Source: Nitrosopumilaceae archaeon (GTDB lineage Archaea; Thermoproteota; Nitrososphaeria; Nitrososphaerales; Nitrosopumilaceae). Taken from it: 64,000 bases of DNA. The notes below the pieces were generated by a model. It searched no databases and was not told the DNA's origin. It saw nothing but the letters and a program-made list of their open reading frames with translations. Positions 19,791 to 31,210 of the stretch are shown here, one piece after another; the first letter of the stretch is position 1; every line of letters starts with the position of its first letter. The position numbers and the translations under genes are program-made. The DNA is taken from contig OZ242365.1 of assembly GCA_965208905.1 (NCBI GenBank), positions 2,080,001-2,144,000 of the forward strand, given 5' to 3'.

Positions 19791-20043
19791 CGTTTGCGAT
19801 TGTCAGATCCCCTATGATTCGCTTTAGGTCGCCGTTCTCCTTTTTGATGGCCTTTATCGGATCCTTCTTTCCGTGATGGGTCAGTCCGGACTTGCCTGCG
19901 TCCATGAACTTTTGCCGCCAGGCTTGAAACGTTTGGGGATGAACGTTGTGCTTGCGGCACAGCTCGGCCGTGCCAATATTGGTCTTGATTGATTCCAAAA
20001 CGATCTGGATCTTTTGGTCTGGAGTAAACTTTGTTCTTACCAT
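19753..20043 (-). CDS. IS3 OrfA (HTH + leucine zipper)
   Basis: KFTPDQKIQIV...ELCRKHNVHPQTFQAWRQKF...ENGDLKRIIGDLTIANDALKK. Confidence 0.88.
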   Translation of the reverse strand: MVRTKFTPDQKIQIVLESIKTNIGTAELCRKHNVHPQTFQAWRQKFMDAGKSGLTHHGKKDPIKAIKKENGDLKRIIGDLTIANDALKKTLEASND

Positions 20044-20212
20044 GGCATCATCCCTCCCATTACGACTTTAAGCTGTATGAACGTGAGTGTTCTCATTCTA
20101 GCGGGGTCCCCACCACTCACATGGGAACCGTAAATTGTTACCATGTGGTGATGGTTCTCACCGGGCCCATTACTTTTTGGTAACTTTAATCGGATTCTAC
20201 CGTACAACAACC

Positions 20213-20655
20213 ATGAAGTTGACCGAGGAGGAGATCATCAGGTCGGATGACGTGTCCCCACTGAGACTGTTTGAGCAGGGCATACCCGCCGAGATCACGC
20301 GCAGCAAGTACACCGCAACCCGCGCCGGATAATGTACGAGATGTTAGAGGACATACTGGAGGGTGACTTTGAGGAGCGGGCGGCCCAGTTTGTCAGGCAT
20401 GCCAGGGAAGACCAGGACTGGACGCGCGACGTCATGTTGTCCCTGTACTGGAAGCTCCGCAAGCGGACCGATCTGCCCAAGGATGATTCAAACTACCTCC
20501 ACCCAACATCCATCAAGACGTACTTCAAGCCATTGCGCAAGTTGCTGGAGATGAACAACGTGGCCATACCATGGGGGTGGATACAGGCGACCTACCCTGA
20601 GCGGAACAACATACTGGGTAGTACTCGCCAAAAAGAATGGAAAAACTCAGAATAA
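20213..20655 (+). pseudogene. Frameshifted N-terminal fragment of a thaumarchaeal tyrosine recombinase/integrase
   Basis: LRLFEQGI...EITRSKY, then LEGDFEERAAQFV...SIKTYFKPLRKLLEMNNVAIPW in a second frame; no catalytic domain. Confidence 0.6.
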
Positions 20656-20797
20656 ATCGATAGATATTACCGCCTTATCGCCTGTAGAGAGATGGTTGTG
20701 GAAGACGAACAAGCCTAAAGACATTGTTATTTGTAAAGAATAGTAATACGGGCAGGTCGCTTCTGTCCCCGTGATAGTTCCAAGATATGTCGGGCCG

Positions 20798-21826
20798 CTA
20801 TGGTACCAGCAGCCAGTCAAATATTTTGACTATTGGTATCTCACCGTTGCGTGTAATCTGCCTTATAGTATCCCGCATACTGTCCAGACCATCAAAGATG
20901 TCGGCGATGGCCACCCTTATTTCCCTCCACTCTATTAGATGGGGTTGAGCTGCGGGGTGTGGGGCGGCAGGTGTAGTATCTCTATGTCATCACACGCGTC
21001 GTCTAGGCACTTTCGCATGGTTACGCCGGTGAGGGCGCTGGCGTTGTCCGCTATCATTTCCACCTTCCCATAACGTCGGTGCAGGTGTTTGATTAGCTCG
21101 ACATAACTGGCGGCTGTCAGGTTGTCATGAAACTGCAAATCCAGAGTATCATCCCCAGGGCACCGATCATATGGATGGACCGCTTGATTGGGACCGTCTC
21201 CTTTCCTCCCCGGCGCTTTATTCCCCTGCGAGATACAGGTGAATCGCGCAGGGTGGCTGCGTCAACTACCACTACCACGCGACCCTACGCCCCCCACCTG
21301 GATGTAGTTGCCCGTCCTTTCTTGATGAACTCCCTCTGCTCTTCTGGTGTGGCGCTGTTGTACGGGGTAGGCCGTAGTTTTCTGACCGAGAATCCCAGCC
21401 GGTGCGCCAGCCGGATGGCCGACCTACTGCTGTACTGTACGCCGAACCGTTCCAGTATGTGTCTGGCAAGTATCTTGGCATTCCAACTGCCACGCACAAA
21501 GCCGCACTTGCGCGGTGTTCCGTCGAGATCCCCCTCGATGGTACGCTCCTGTTCTGGGCTCAGCAGCCGTGGCCTGCCCGGACTCTTAGTATCGTGCCAA
21601 CCCTCGGGGCATTTGCGCTCCATTCTGTATAGCCACCGGTGAACGGTGCTGATCCCCCGCCCTATAGTGCGGGCTATCTCAGCATCATGCCGCGCTTTCT
21701 GAGCACGGCGGCCTGTAGCCTGTCCCTGGACTTGCCGAGGTGTTCGCGCCTGTACGTCTCTTCCAGCTCGGATAACTGCACGCCGGGCAGATATTCTTCT
21801 CTCTTTACCAATGTCTCCTTTGGCAT
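20798..21826 (-). pseudogene. Degraded IS630-family transposase
   Basis: EEYLPGV...PGRPRLL...WNAKIL...RLGFSVRKLRP, then IADNAS...LPPHTPQLNPI; several stops and frameshifts. Confidence 0.85.
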
Positions 21827-21868
21827 AGGGGTCTAGGAACAGCAGGACGATCTATGTGTTTTGATTCG

Positions 21869-22303
21869 TCACGGGGTTTTCCATTCTTTTTGGCGAGTAC
21901 TATGCAGTTGTAGCGCGGCTACCTCATCCAAATCGATATCTGGATTCTCCGTGAGTGTGATGAAGTTGATGCCGGTCATCGACAACCGATCTGACAGTTG
22001 GTCAACTCGGCTATCCGTAGATATAGACAGGAACGTACGTATCCACTGGATACGATCATCCGCGATATCACGCGTTTCATAGTGCTCTACCCACTTCTCA
22101 CCAATCCTATCTATCAGGTAATCATTCGGTATCTTGCCCGCCGCCACCGTGTTTGCACGCGTCTCGGCTAGTGTGTTGTCGTCATTACCATCACTGGCGT
22201 CGATGTTCATCGGTATTTCTGATGATACGCCGACCATCACCTGACTGATGACCACTGCGACCAATATCACAGAGATAACAGCTATTGTTGTTTTTTTATT
22301 CAT
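21869..22303 (-). CDS. Hypothetical secreted/membrane-anchored protein
   Basis: MNKK followed by a hydrophobic stretch; 144-aa ORF. Confidence 0.55.
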   Translation of the reverse strand: MNKKTTIAVISVILVAVVISQVMVGVSSEIPMNIDASDGNDDNTLAETRANTVAAGKIPNDYLIDRIGEKWVEHYETRDIADDRIQWIRTFLSISTDSRVDQLSDRLSMTGINFITLTENPDIDLDEVAALQLHSTRQKEWKTP

Positions 22304-22409
22304 TGGTAGACTGGGGGATGTTTATCTACATAACAATAGAAAGTGGCCAGTGCAGCTCCCGTGATGTTACAGCCGAGGACGGACCCGGTTGGAACGTGTG
22401 ACCGCCGAT

Positions 22410-22870
22410 TTATCCGAAGAAGATGGTGCCGGTTCCCGGGCGCACCACGTTGGCGACGTATCTGTTGACGGCGGGATACAACCTGCTGTCCCTGAGGAAG
22501 TCGCAGTCGGTCGTACAGAACCCGTAAAAGGAATTCTGTAGACCTATCTGTCCTGGGATGTCGTAATACGTCAGATCCACGTTCAGCTTGCCCAAGGTAG
22601 TCCCGCGCGAGGCATCAGTGCCGGGCTGCCTGACGTTCTTGGTCAGAAAGTTGTGGCGGCCCAAATCCCGTATACTGCGGGCAAGCCTTGAGAATTCGGA
22701 CCAGTTATCGGTAGGCATGTCCACCAGAAACGGGTTGTCATCCAAGACAAGCACTCGGAAGTCGGTGAACTCACGCTGGTAGTCTATGGTGAGCAGCCAT
22801 ATGTTGCACATGCCGTAAGCAGTGCCGGCCGCATATATATAGTTGGGATCAAAAGTAACCCCGCATTTCA
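22410..22870 (-). pseudogene. Probable 3' gene fragment of unknown function, cut by the adjacent IS630 relic
   Basis: Open frame with GC-rich third positions running into the IS630 fragment; no recognisable motif. Confidence 0.35.
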
Positions 22871-22880
22871 TAAAGAATAA

Positions 22881-23321
22881 ATGATCGCAATTCCTACCCA
22901 GCGCATGGACGACCAAACCGAAGCTGAAAAAATAAAGGCGACCCTAAGACAAACCCGGAGTACGCGCGAGTACACCCGTGTCGTGGCCGTGAACATGGTG
23001 CGCGTCAACAGGCAGAGCCCCACATTTGCGGCGAAGATGCTTGGCGTCGACCGAGGCACTGTCCGCGACTGGCTCGACGCTTACGCCCACAACGGCCTGA
23101 ATGGTCTCGCCGATGACGCGAGGCCGGGCCGTCCCCCTTTCGTCCCGCGCGCCAATCTGGAGAAGATAGTCGGTGGCGCCAAACGGTTTACCGCCTACGA
23201 GTTCGTCGAATTGGTAGAGAAAAAGACCGGTGTGGAGCACAGTGAACAGCACGCGCGCCGCCTGTTGAGGTCGTTGGGTTTCGCGGTCAAGAAGACTCCT
23301 CGAATATCCCTCACTATTTAG
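22881..23321 (+). pseudogene. IS630 transposase N-terminal (HTH) half
   Basis: AKMLGVDRGTVRDWLDAY...GLADDARPGRPP...RRLLRSLGFAVKKTP; no DDE domain. Confidence 0.8.
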
Positions 23322-23405
23322 CCTTCATGACAAGGTCATGTAGTAAATGCACATTGGCAGCAACTAGACAACTGACTGTGTACTTGCAGATGCTGCGCGC
23401 CACAA

Positions 23406-23894
23406 TCATTCCCATTGGTCACAGTCAAAAGAGATGCGTATGTTCTCAACGTTCTCATGTCGTTTGTCAGATTTGTACTCAAATGACATGTTGCACACAT
23501 CAATGACCGGCTGAACAAAATCAAAGTCGGCTGGTTCTGTGATGAACAGGTGGTCTTCACCCCCCATATTGTCACTTTGGGAGATGTGTATAGATCCGCC
23601 CTCCTCGTGTTCGCATATGAGCGACATGTTCACCACCACTGGCTGCTCAGACATGTTATATTTGGAGATGTTTATCGTACAGTTTTTGGCCAGTGACCTG
23701 TAATTGGCCTCGTCTTGACCGTTATCCCAAGTCCATACTGTCCACCCATCAGGGATGTTCTCCAGGGTATTGGGCTGGTTGTTTGTGGTAGCGGTCATCA
23801 GCGGTATTATGAAGGCGGCAACGTATACTGCTATTCCCAAACCCACCACGCCAGCCAGTCCTATGGTGATGTACTTGTAGCTGTTTCGCACCAC
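23406..23894 (-). CDS. Hypothetical membrane-anchored protein
   Basis: N-terminal TM, Cys-containing ectodomain; the C-x-I/L-N-I...C pattern recurs in the 27619-28617 protein. Confidence 0.6.
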   Translation of the reverse strand: MVRNSYKYITIGLAGVVGLGIAVYVAAFIIPLMTATTNNQPNTLENIPDGWTVWTWDNGQDEANYRSLAKNCTINISKYNMSEQPVVVNMSLICEHEEGGSIHISQSDNMGGEDHLFITEPADFDFVQPVIDVCNMSFEYKSDKRHENVENIRISFDCDQWE

Positions 23895-24437
23895 GCCTTA
23901 CCATAGACATTTTGCCAATATATCATTTAGTGCTTAAATGGGTATTGTCCATCCATACGCCAACGAATTACTGCCATGTTGTTCTGGAGTCTTACATTTG
24001 TAAGCGATAACTTTGATCATCACAGGTACGGTAGCATCATGTCTAGGGTATTATTGTCTGGAAGTAAAAATCTACCAATATCATAATGCATTAAACACTG
24101 CCATTCTCTTATATTGGAAATATGTTACCCACGCAGATGTTACATCTACGGTAAGAAGGTGTCATGACATGGCGACTTCGACAAAAAAGTGACCTAGACT
24201 GACATGGTCAGAGCCACTACCGGAATATGTGTATAGGTTTGGAATACCTGATATGGTCTTTAGACACACGTAGTATGCTTACTTCAATGGGGCCTGGGGC
24301 TTCCGCCCCCCTAGCAGTACTGGATTGGAATTGGAGATGACTGCATCTGCTGTGGTACAGTTTGCATAGATCATGATGTAAACGCAGCCGAGAATATACG
24401 GCGAAGCGCCGTATCCCGTTACGGTCAGAGGGTTCAT

Positions 24438-24572
24438 GGGGAAGAGTACCTGCCCAACGTGAAGCTATCAGAACTGAAAGAGATGTACAGGCGCGAGCAT
24501 CCCGGCAAGTCAAGGGTCAGGCTTTAAACAGCAGTGCTCAGAAAGCAGGACAGGACGCTCAAGAATATGCCT
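24438..24572 (+). pseudogene. Short IS630 N-terminal relic
   Basis: GEEYLPNVKLSELKEMYRREHPGKSRVRL*TAVLRK matches the start of the 21826 copy (REEYLPGVQLSELEETYRREHLGKSRDRLQAAVLRK). Confidence 0.75.
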
Positions 24573-24638
24573 TCCGTAAAATACGTTACCTGACAGGAGC
24601 GCCTGCTGCCTAAAAGGGAACATAGCGGAAGGAAAAAA

Positions 24639-27260
24639 CTACTGTGCGGGCGTCTCCCACCATCTGTCTATTAGTTCTTCGGGGATAAGGTCGAGAGTCT
24701 TTTGTAGGATTGAGCCCAGTATGGGGTTGTCCCGTTGGTAGGCCACGTGCAGGCCGGAGACCGCACCGGTGGTACCGGAGTTGTGGATGGTGATGTTAAG
24801 GTTCTGCGCCTCTGCCAAGATGGGTAGCCAATTTCCGGCCAGTGTGTCACCGGTATTGTTCTGTAGCATCAGGAGACCATCTCGGATGCTGGGCACCGAT
24901 GTGTACTGTAGGTCGGGTTTGTTTACGTCCAGCCAATCCTCAATAAAGTAGCCAGTTGGCGTCAGCACGCGTAAACCAGGATCATCTATCGTTATAGGTT
25001 GGCCGGTAACAGTAGCCAGACTGGGCTGTAACATGAAGTGTGGTTTGGTGAACCCCAGATACTCCTGGCGCTGCGGAGTCTCTCCCATCATAAAGGAGAC
25101 ATCGGCAGTGCCGTTCTGGAGTAGTTGCAACGATTCAGACCAGTTGGATGTATGCACCGGTTGAAAGTCCACACCAATGAGGGATTCAAACCGTTCCAGG
25201 TACAGCGTCGTCACGCCTGCGAGGTTGCCCTGTTCATCAGTATACTCTATGGGGAACCATCCAGGATCATACGCAACGGTGATGGTACGGTTGTCGTTGC
25301 GCCAGGCGCATTCTTCGGCGGTCAAGGGCAGTACCGGCGCGGGCGGTGCTGGTCGTATACCGGCGTCTACGTACCAATCGTCAATCGTGTCATCAGGAAT
25401 GGCATCAACAATCTTCTGAAGGACCGACCCGAGAGTGGTGTTGTTCTTGCTGTATCCAACATGCGACGCGTCCCCCTCCCCTATGGTACCGACGTTGTAA
25501 ACGGTAATATCCAATTCCTGGGCGCGGGTATTGGACACATGCCATGGTTGGGCGAAGGCGGTACCGCCTCCATCATCAAGCAGCATCAGCGCCTCGTCCA
25601 GTGTGGGTACCGATACGTAGTCTATATCTGGGTGATTCGCGTCCAACCACTCTTCTATGTAAAAGCCAGTTATGGTTATCAGTTTGAGGTCGGAGTCTTC
25701 CACGGTCGTATAGCAGTCGACTGTAGATATTAGGTTGGACGGATCGGCCCTACTCGTCTCAACAAACCCCATGTACTCGGAACGCTCGACGGTGGGGACA
25801 AGATGAAACACCATGTTGACATTACCGGCGCGTGTATCATCTAAAAGATCATTGAACAATTCGTATCCCGCCAACTCAAAGTCTAACCCACTCAATCTAG
25901 TAAACTCATCCAAGAACGTAAAGGTGAGCCCCGCCGGGGAGCCTTGTTTGGAGACATACTCGTAGGGTGGCCAGTTCTCGTCATAGCCCACCCGTACTAC
26001 CGGATTGGTATCCAGCCATGCCCGCTCTTCTGGACTCCAGTCTATCTCATCCGCCTGTAAGGGCTCAACTGGCACCGGATCCGTGCTGACCTGTGTCCAT
26101 CGATCACCGACAGCTGCAACTATCTGGTGTCCGGAGGGCAACAGGTCGCCGGCCTCATTAAGGCTATCGTACCGGTAGGCCCCGTCGAACCCGGCCACCA
26201 CCTCTGGGAACACCTCGCCCACATCGGAGCCGTCCGCGCTGTCCGCAAGAATGACGGCCAAGCCAGCCATCCAGACAGCGTCATAGGCTGTGAACGCCAG
26301 CAAAGACGGTTCCCGGCCGAGCTGGTCGTACATGTTAGAGCTGACATGGTCGTAGGATGAGCCATGCTCAAAGTCGACGACGGCCAAGGTCATGTTGACC
26401 CGGTCGGCGAATGCGGCCGCCACAGGGTTCTCCGACAGGACAAAGTCTAGTATCACCGACTCGGAGGCAAACCAGCGTATATCATCCAAGACAGGGTAGT
26501 AGCCGGCCAGCTCAGAGATGGTAATAGATTCCTCGAACGATATCATCAGGACTGCTACCTGATAGGCGCCGTGGACGGCGACGGCCTCGCTCACATACTT
26601 TGACAACAGGTCGACCTCGGAGGTCATTGTCTTGGTGGTGGTCGGATACCTGATGCCGCCATGTACTGCAATACCCATCTCCTCCAAGTTAGACATTGTT
26701 GCCTGCATCAGCCCGTCCCCGTAGGCATCGCCTCTCCAGATGGGGACGACCGAGGCTATCCCGGCCTCGGACAGCATCCTGCCCACGGCTGCCGCCTGGG
26801 TCAGATCGTCGGGTACCAGCCGGAACACGTAATCTCCGGCCACGGCCAACCCTGGAGCCGACGAGCCCGGGCTTATGGAAGTTATCTTGTGTTGTGTGGC
26901 ATAGTCGATGATTGCCCTGACGTTGTTGCTAGCTACTGGTCCTAACACCGTGGTGATTCCCATGTTATGCAACTGGGCGATGCTGTTTGCGGCAACAGTT
27001 GGGTCCGAGGACCCGGCCGCTTGCTGGATGGCCAGTCGCCACTCGATGCCGCGCTCATCCAGATAACCGTTAAAGTCGGAGACCGCCAGCTGATACGCCA
27101 ACCCCGCGTCCTCCCCGTATGCTCCCTGCTCAAGGTTTAACGGGTAGATTGCCCCGATGGTGACTGTCCCGTCGTCCGGGAGGTCTGCATGGGCAGCCCC
27201 AGTTGTAGCAACCAAGACCGCCAAGATAAGCGGGCAGCCAACCATACCTCGCGTCATCAT
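24639..27260 (-). CDS. Tri-domain extracellular solute-binding protein: LivJ-like type I PBP plus two family-3 type II PBPs
   Basis: Signal peptide; IGAIYPL...GPVASNN...SPGSSAPGL...FRLVPDD; two units beginning EERAWL..NPVVRVGYDENWPPYEY and EECAWR..NRTITVAYDPGWFPIEY. Confidence 0.85.
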   Translation of the reverse strand: MMTRGMVGCPLILAVLVATTGAAHADLPDDGTVTIGAIYPLNLEQGAYGEDAGLAYQLAVSDFNGYLDERGIEWRLAIQQAAGSSDPTVAANSIAQLHNMGITTVLGPVASNNVRAIIDYATQHKITSISPGSSAPGLAVAGDYVFRLVPDDLTQAAAVGRMLSEAGIASVVPIWRGDAYGDGLMQATMSNLEEMGIAVHGGIRYPTTTKTMTSEVDLLSKYVSEAVAVHGAYQVAVLMISFEESITISELAGYYPVLDDIRWFASESVILDFVLSENPVAAAFADRVNMTLAVVDFEHGSSYDHVSSNMYDQLGREPSLLAFTAYDAVWMAGLAVILADSADGSDVGEVFPEVVAGFDGAYRYDSLNEAGDLLPSGHQIVAAVGDRWTQVSTDPVPVEPLQADEIDWSPEERAWLDTNPVVRVGYDENWPPYEYVSKQGSPAGLTFTFLDEFTRLSGLDFELAGYELFNDLLDDTRAGNVNMVFHLVPTVERSEYMGFVETSRADPSNLISTVDCYTTVEDSDLKLITITGFYIEEWLDANHPDIDYVSVPTLDEALMLLDDGGGTAFAQPWHVSNTRAQELDITVYNVGTIGEGDASHVGYSKNNTTLGSVLQKIVDAIPDDTIDDWYVDAGIRPAPPAPVLPLTAEECAWRNDNRTITVAYDPGWFPIEYTDEQGNLAGVTTLYLERFESLIGVDFQPVHTSNWSESLQLLQNGTADVSFMMGETPQRQEYLGFTKPHFMLQPSLATVTGQPITIDDPGLRVLTPTGYFIEDWLDVNKPDLQYTSVPSIRDGLLMLQNNTGDTLAGNWLPILAEAQNLNITIHNSGTTGAVSGLHVAYQRDNPILGSILQKTLDLIPEELIDRWWETPAQ

Positions 27261-27397
27261 CGTAACCTATGAGATCATAATATAAAGCATTATACTCCGG
27301 TAACTTTTGTCAAGTTGGTGTGTGATGAATCGCCAGGCTATTGTGCTCAGAAAACATAACATGATGGTGTAAATCCATCACATACTACAGAACGTCC

Positions 27398-27511
27398 AAG
27401 GAGAGCGGACTGGTCATACCATCCGATACAACGTCGCGAAAGCGTAAGTGGGTGTGATACGAGCGTAAACACTCCAACTCCATGTGGCATATCAACTGGC
27501 ACGTCATGAGG
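27398..27511 (+). pseudogene. Short IS481 transposase relic
   Basis: SRKRKWV*YERKHSNSMWHINWHVMR matches SRRRKWIRYERRYSNAMWHTDWHAMK of the 10044 copy. Confidence 0.75.
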
Positions 27512-27618
27512 GGTTCGCGTGTGAGGGGGGCTTCGCAGGTATGGGTGGATGATGCATGGATGGCTTGGAGTCTGCGGCCGGCAGAATTTTCGGTTACGTC
27601 AACTTTCCAGTCCCAAAT

Positions 27619-28617
27619 CTAGGGCTCAGGAAGTTCGTCCTGGACAATCCCATCAGCCAAAACTGCCTTGATTATCGCCTTCAACTCGTCAAATGTGGTG
27701 GTTCTATCCGGGTCTTCGTTGATTGCCAGGTCTGAACCGAGGATGGTATACTTGCCGTTTTGCAGTCCTGCCACGTAATAGTTGTCCCCATAAATGCTGT
27801 CCGGATCCTTGTCATCTACGAATACCAGGACCGTCTCGCCCATCTCGAACATCGGGACACCCTCCACGGTTGACCGATACTCGTCTGTCTCACCTCCCTG
27901 CACCCGTACCACCATGAACGCCTCGTCGTAGACACCCTTCAAATCCTCAAAGACCGCAATACGGACATGAGTGAACACGCTGGGGATGCCAGCCTCGTCA
28001 AATTCAACCGGTTGTGACTCTATCCCGGTCACTATCCCGTGGATGGCATGGCGGGTGTGGTTTGCCAGAAACTCCAGGGTGACGGGCGGTACCTCGGCAA
28101 CAGCGTCCAACTCTATCTTTTCATCCTCCTGCCACCAGCAGTTCATTACGATGGTCATGGTGTTGGGCGCATCATAATTGTTCACCCATACTTGATTCTG
28201 TGCGTGGAAGGAACACGACTGCATTCCTGATATCTCCCAGTCCAGATAATCGCGGGGTTGGTGATCCCAACTATCCCGGTTGTACAGGCTTAAATGCTCC
28301 ATGCCATCAAAGTCACCGCCGCCTGCCCCGCCGCCATAACGCTCGCCGCAACTCATCATTACCGTGGTGGTAGTGTTGGCAAAGTTAAACTCGTCGTACA
28401 CTATGTTCAGTGTACAGTCGCCATACTGGCCGTCCCGGTGGCTACTGGTGAGACGCGGCTGACTCATGTACTCCTGCATTAGCAGTTCTTGTGCTGCTTC
28501 TACCGGATCTACCTCTTCCATGGTGGTGATGTTGCCCTCTTCAGATACGGCCAAACCCACAACTAACCCGGATAACATGATAGCCGGCACCAACGCGAGC
28601 AACCAGTAGCGGTTCAT
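27619..28617 (-). CDS. Hypothetical secreted acidic protein
   Basis: Signal peptide; C-terminal beta-rich domain (HGIVTGIES...VRVQGGET...FEMGETVLVF). Confidence 0.7.
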   Translation of the reverse strand: MNRYWLLALVPAIMLSGLVVGLAVSEEGNITTMEEVDPVEAAQELLMQEYMSQPRLTSSHRDGQYGDCTLNIVYDEFNFANTTTTVMMSCGERYGGGAGGGDFDGMEHLSLYNRDSWDHQPRDYLDWEISGMQSCSFHAQNQVWVNNYDAPNTMTIVMNCWWQEDEKIELDAVAEVPPVTLEFLANHTRHAIHGIVTGIESQPVEFDEAGIPSVFTHVRIAVFEDLKGVYDEAFMVVRVQGGETDEYRSTVEGVPMFEMGETVLVFVDDKDPDSIYGDNYYVAGLQNGKYTILGSDLAINEDPDRTTTFDELKAIIKAVLADGIVQDELPEP

Positions 28618-29055
28618 GGTGTACGACAGTATCGTGTCTATATAAGAGATTATCGTGAGTTTGGGTTAGTGTTGGGATTCCAGGCAGGCCAAGTACTGGG
28701 AATGGGGCACAGCCACGACGAAAAGCACTTGATGTATGGCACGGCAAACCTGACACCCGACAAGACGTTTGCCGATTTGGGTTATACAGTTCCGTGTTTG
28801 TCAATCAGTAACTGTGAGAACATTGGGAGCGATTATAAGACCAGAGAGGCGTGCGATACCGCATAGTGCAGGGCGAGACACACATGTCAGAGTCATGGCG
28901 GGGCTTCACGGCATGACGGCTCCGCCCAACAGGGAGAAGCATCTCCATGCAGGGCGGAAATCCCTGGGCCAACCAAAACTTAAAAATTGTTCAGGGGTGT
29001 AAGATAGCAGTATTGGACGGGTGTAAACGACCTTTGGGGCAGTACAGGTGACAGA

Positions 29056-30696
29056 GTGGTGTTGTGGCCAAAAATATTTTTGGTGGTTGTAGTAATGATG
29101 GGTGCGGTGTTTGTCGGAGAGGCGCATGCCCAGATACCAGATGTGGTCAAGATAGCCATACTGCTTCCCCTTAGCGGAGAGTTATCCTCGTTTGGTACGC
29201 AGCTAAACTATGCGGCCGAGCTGGCAATAGCCGACTTTAACTCATATCTGAAAGAAAATGGTATTGTATGGCGCCTTGAAGCCGTGCACGAAGATACAGA
29301 GACCAATCCCGTCAGAGCCTTGGAGAAGGTACAAATCCTACATGCCCACGGAATAGACATTATCGTGGGTCCGGTTGGTTCAGCACAACTCTCCAACATG
29401 CTTCCATATATGAACGACAACAACATGATGGCTATCTCGCCCAGCAGCACCGCATCAGCCTTAGCCATAGCGGGTGATGCGGCATTTCGCACGGTTCCTA
29501 ACGACATAAACCAAGCACGGGCCATTGGAGCCACGCTAAAACACTGGGGAATCGAAGTTATCGTGCCCATGTGGAGGGGAGAGGTGTATGGGGATGGTTT
29601 AACAGATACCGTTGTATCGGACTTTGAGTCGCGGGGAGGCATCATACATGACGGTGTCAGGTATAATCCCGAGTCCAATGACTTCTCCGTGAGTGTGTCG
29701 GAGTTGGCAGATTTGGTCTCCGAGGCGGCAGATAGGTACGGTGCAGACCGTACTGCAGTACTGCTGGTGGCCTTTGATGAAGCCGTCCCCATACTCCAGA
29801 CCGCTTCTATATATGGCATACTGGATGATGTGCGTTGGATTGGTGGCGAGGGCTTTGCCAAGTCCACGGTTGTCTCCTCTGACCCAATAGCTGCACAGTT
29901 TGCCACTGATACAAGACTGCACACAATCCAACTCCTTCTGAATCTTGGCGGGCGAGCCAACTCGATAAGCGACTACGTCTATGAACGGCTGGGCAGCGAG
30001 TCTATCTTTCACATATATACAATGTATGATGCAGTTTGGCTAGCCGGACTGAGCATATTGGAGGCGAACAGTTCGAACCCCGCCGATGTCCGTAAAGTTG
30101 TACGCGATGTGGCCGTATCGCATTCGGATGGAGCTCTGAGCTCCGTCGAACTTAATGCGGCAGGAGATCTTATGCTTGGCAGCTACGAGCTGTGGAGGTT
30201 GGGCGAGAACGGTTGGGTCAGAAGCCTAGTGTATGATGGTCAGAGCGACAGCATTAGGCAGACCATGGTGGATGGTACTATATTTGCGCCAGATTATGTT
30301 ATTCAGGGAGGTTCAGTTCTGAATATGTATACCAACCCACAAGAGGCTGCGCTGATAGTAGAGATCATGGCGGATGTGGACGGAATGCTGGATATTACGC
30401 TGCCTCGAGGTCTGGTGGATTCGCAGACCGGCGAGGGGGCCGACTCTGGATTCTTTGTGCTGATAAATGGAGAGGAGACACCATACGAGGAAACCGGAGC
30501 CGATGACGACTCGCGAACCTTGTCTATATGGTTTGCAGCCGGCACCGACAAGATAGAGATTATAGGCACTTCGGCGGCGATTCCAGAATTTGAAGAGATT
30601 GGCATGCTGGTACTGGCCGCCGGCCTGATTCTGATGGCCGCAATCTCTATAATATATCGAACAAATACAACACGCCCGCTTCTAAATATCCGGTAA
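29056..30696 (+). CDS. LivJ-like amino-acid-binding protein with PEFG-CTERM-type sorting domain
   Basis: IAILLPLSG, SPSSTASAL, FRTVPND; C-terminal ITLPRGLVD...FFVLINGEE...IEIIGT...IPEF followed by a TM helix. Confidence 0.88.
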   Translation: MVLWPKIFLVVVVMMGAVFVGEAHAQIPDVVKIAILLPLSGELSSFGTQLNYAAELAIADFNSYLKENGIVWRLEAVHEDTETNPVRALEKVQILHAHGIDIIVGPVGSAQLSNMLPYMNDNNMMAISPSSTASALAIAGDAAFRTVPNDINQARAIGATLKHWGIEVIVPMWRGEVYGDGLTDTVVSDFESRGGIIHDGVRYNPESNDFSVSVSELADLVSEAADRYGADRTAVLLVAFDEAVPILQTASIYGILDDVRWIGGEGFAKSTVVSSDPIAAQFATDTRLHTIQLLLNLGGRANSISDYVYERLGSESIFHIYTMYDAVWLAGLSILEANSSNPADVRKVVRDVAVSHSDGALSSVELNAAGDLMLGSYELWRLGENGWVRSLVYDGQSDSIRQTMVDGTIFAPDYVIQGGSVLNMYTNPQEAALIVEIMADVDGMLDITLPRGLVDSQTGEGADSGFFVLINGEETPYEETGADDDSRTLSIWFAAGTDKIEIIGTSAAIPEFEEIGMLVLAAGLILMAAISIIYRTNTTRPLLNIR

Positions 30697-31049
30697 TATG
30701 TATAGCCTGCAAGCGCATGACGGATGTGGTTTGGATTTTTAATATCGAGTCTGTCTTTGAAAGTCTATTCTGAGTGCCAATCCGAATTCAGATGGCAAAT
30801 TGCGACAAAAAAATACCATGATCTTGTATGTCGTTTGGGATCAGTTGTAGGTCAGGGCAGCTACACCTGATTGCCCTGCGGCTTGGACAGTATCTGACCA
30901 TATATTCCGGCGGATTGGCATCACTTATCGCACCCGTCTGCTGAGCAACTTTGCATATATGTAGGCGGCAAACTCGGCGCGGTTGCCAAGCACCATATGG
31001 TGTATAAACACAAAACACCACACGGCCCTGCTGTATAGCGGTGTACATA

Positions 31050-31210
31050 CTAGCAGACAATAGGATCCGATAGGTTTTGGGTGCGATGACCTGAATTGAC
31101 GAATTTACCCCACATCCGAGTAGATCCGCAGTGCCGCCGACCCAAACACTAAGATCAGGTATATTCTCTCACACCTACATAGCGCGCACCAAAACTGGAG
31201 GAGAATCGGG
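31050..31210 (+). mobile_element. Isolated left end of the IS630-like element seen at 34647
   Basis: TA-CTAGCAGACAATAGGATCCGATAG... aligns with 34645 onward for more than 100 bp. Confidence 0.7.

Larger units (their letters stand above)
18869..20115 (-). mobile_element. IS3-family insertion sequence (orfA/orfB, -1 frameshift)
   Basis: TIRs TGGAGTGGACCCCATAGAATG (from 18869) and the reverse complement TGGTGGGGACCCCGCTAGAATG (ending 20115); no flanking duplication. Confidence 0.85.

Noticed and set aside
28630-29020. Possible TnpB 3' end or structured RNA
   Set aside because: No convincing motif or pairing could be established by eye
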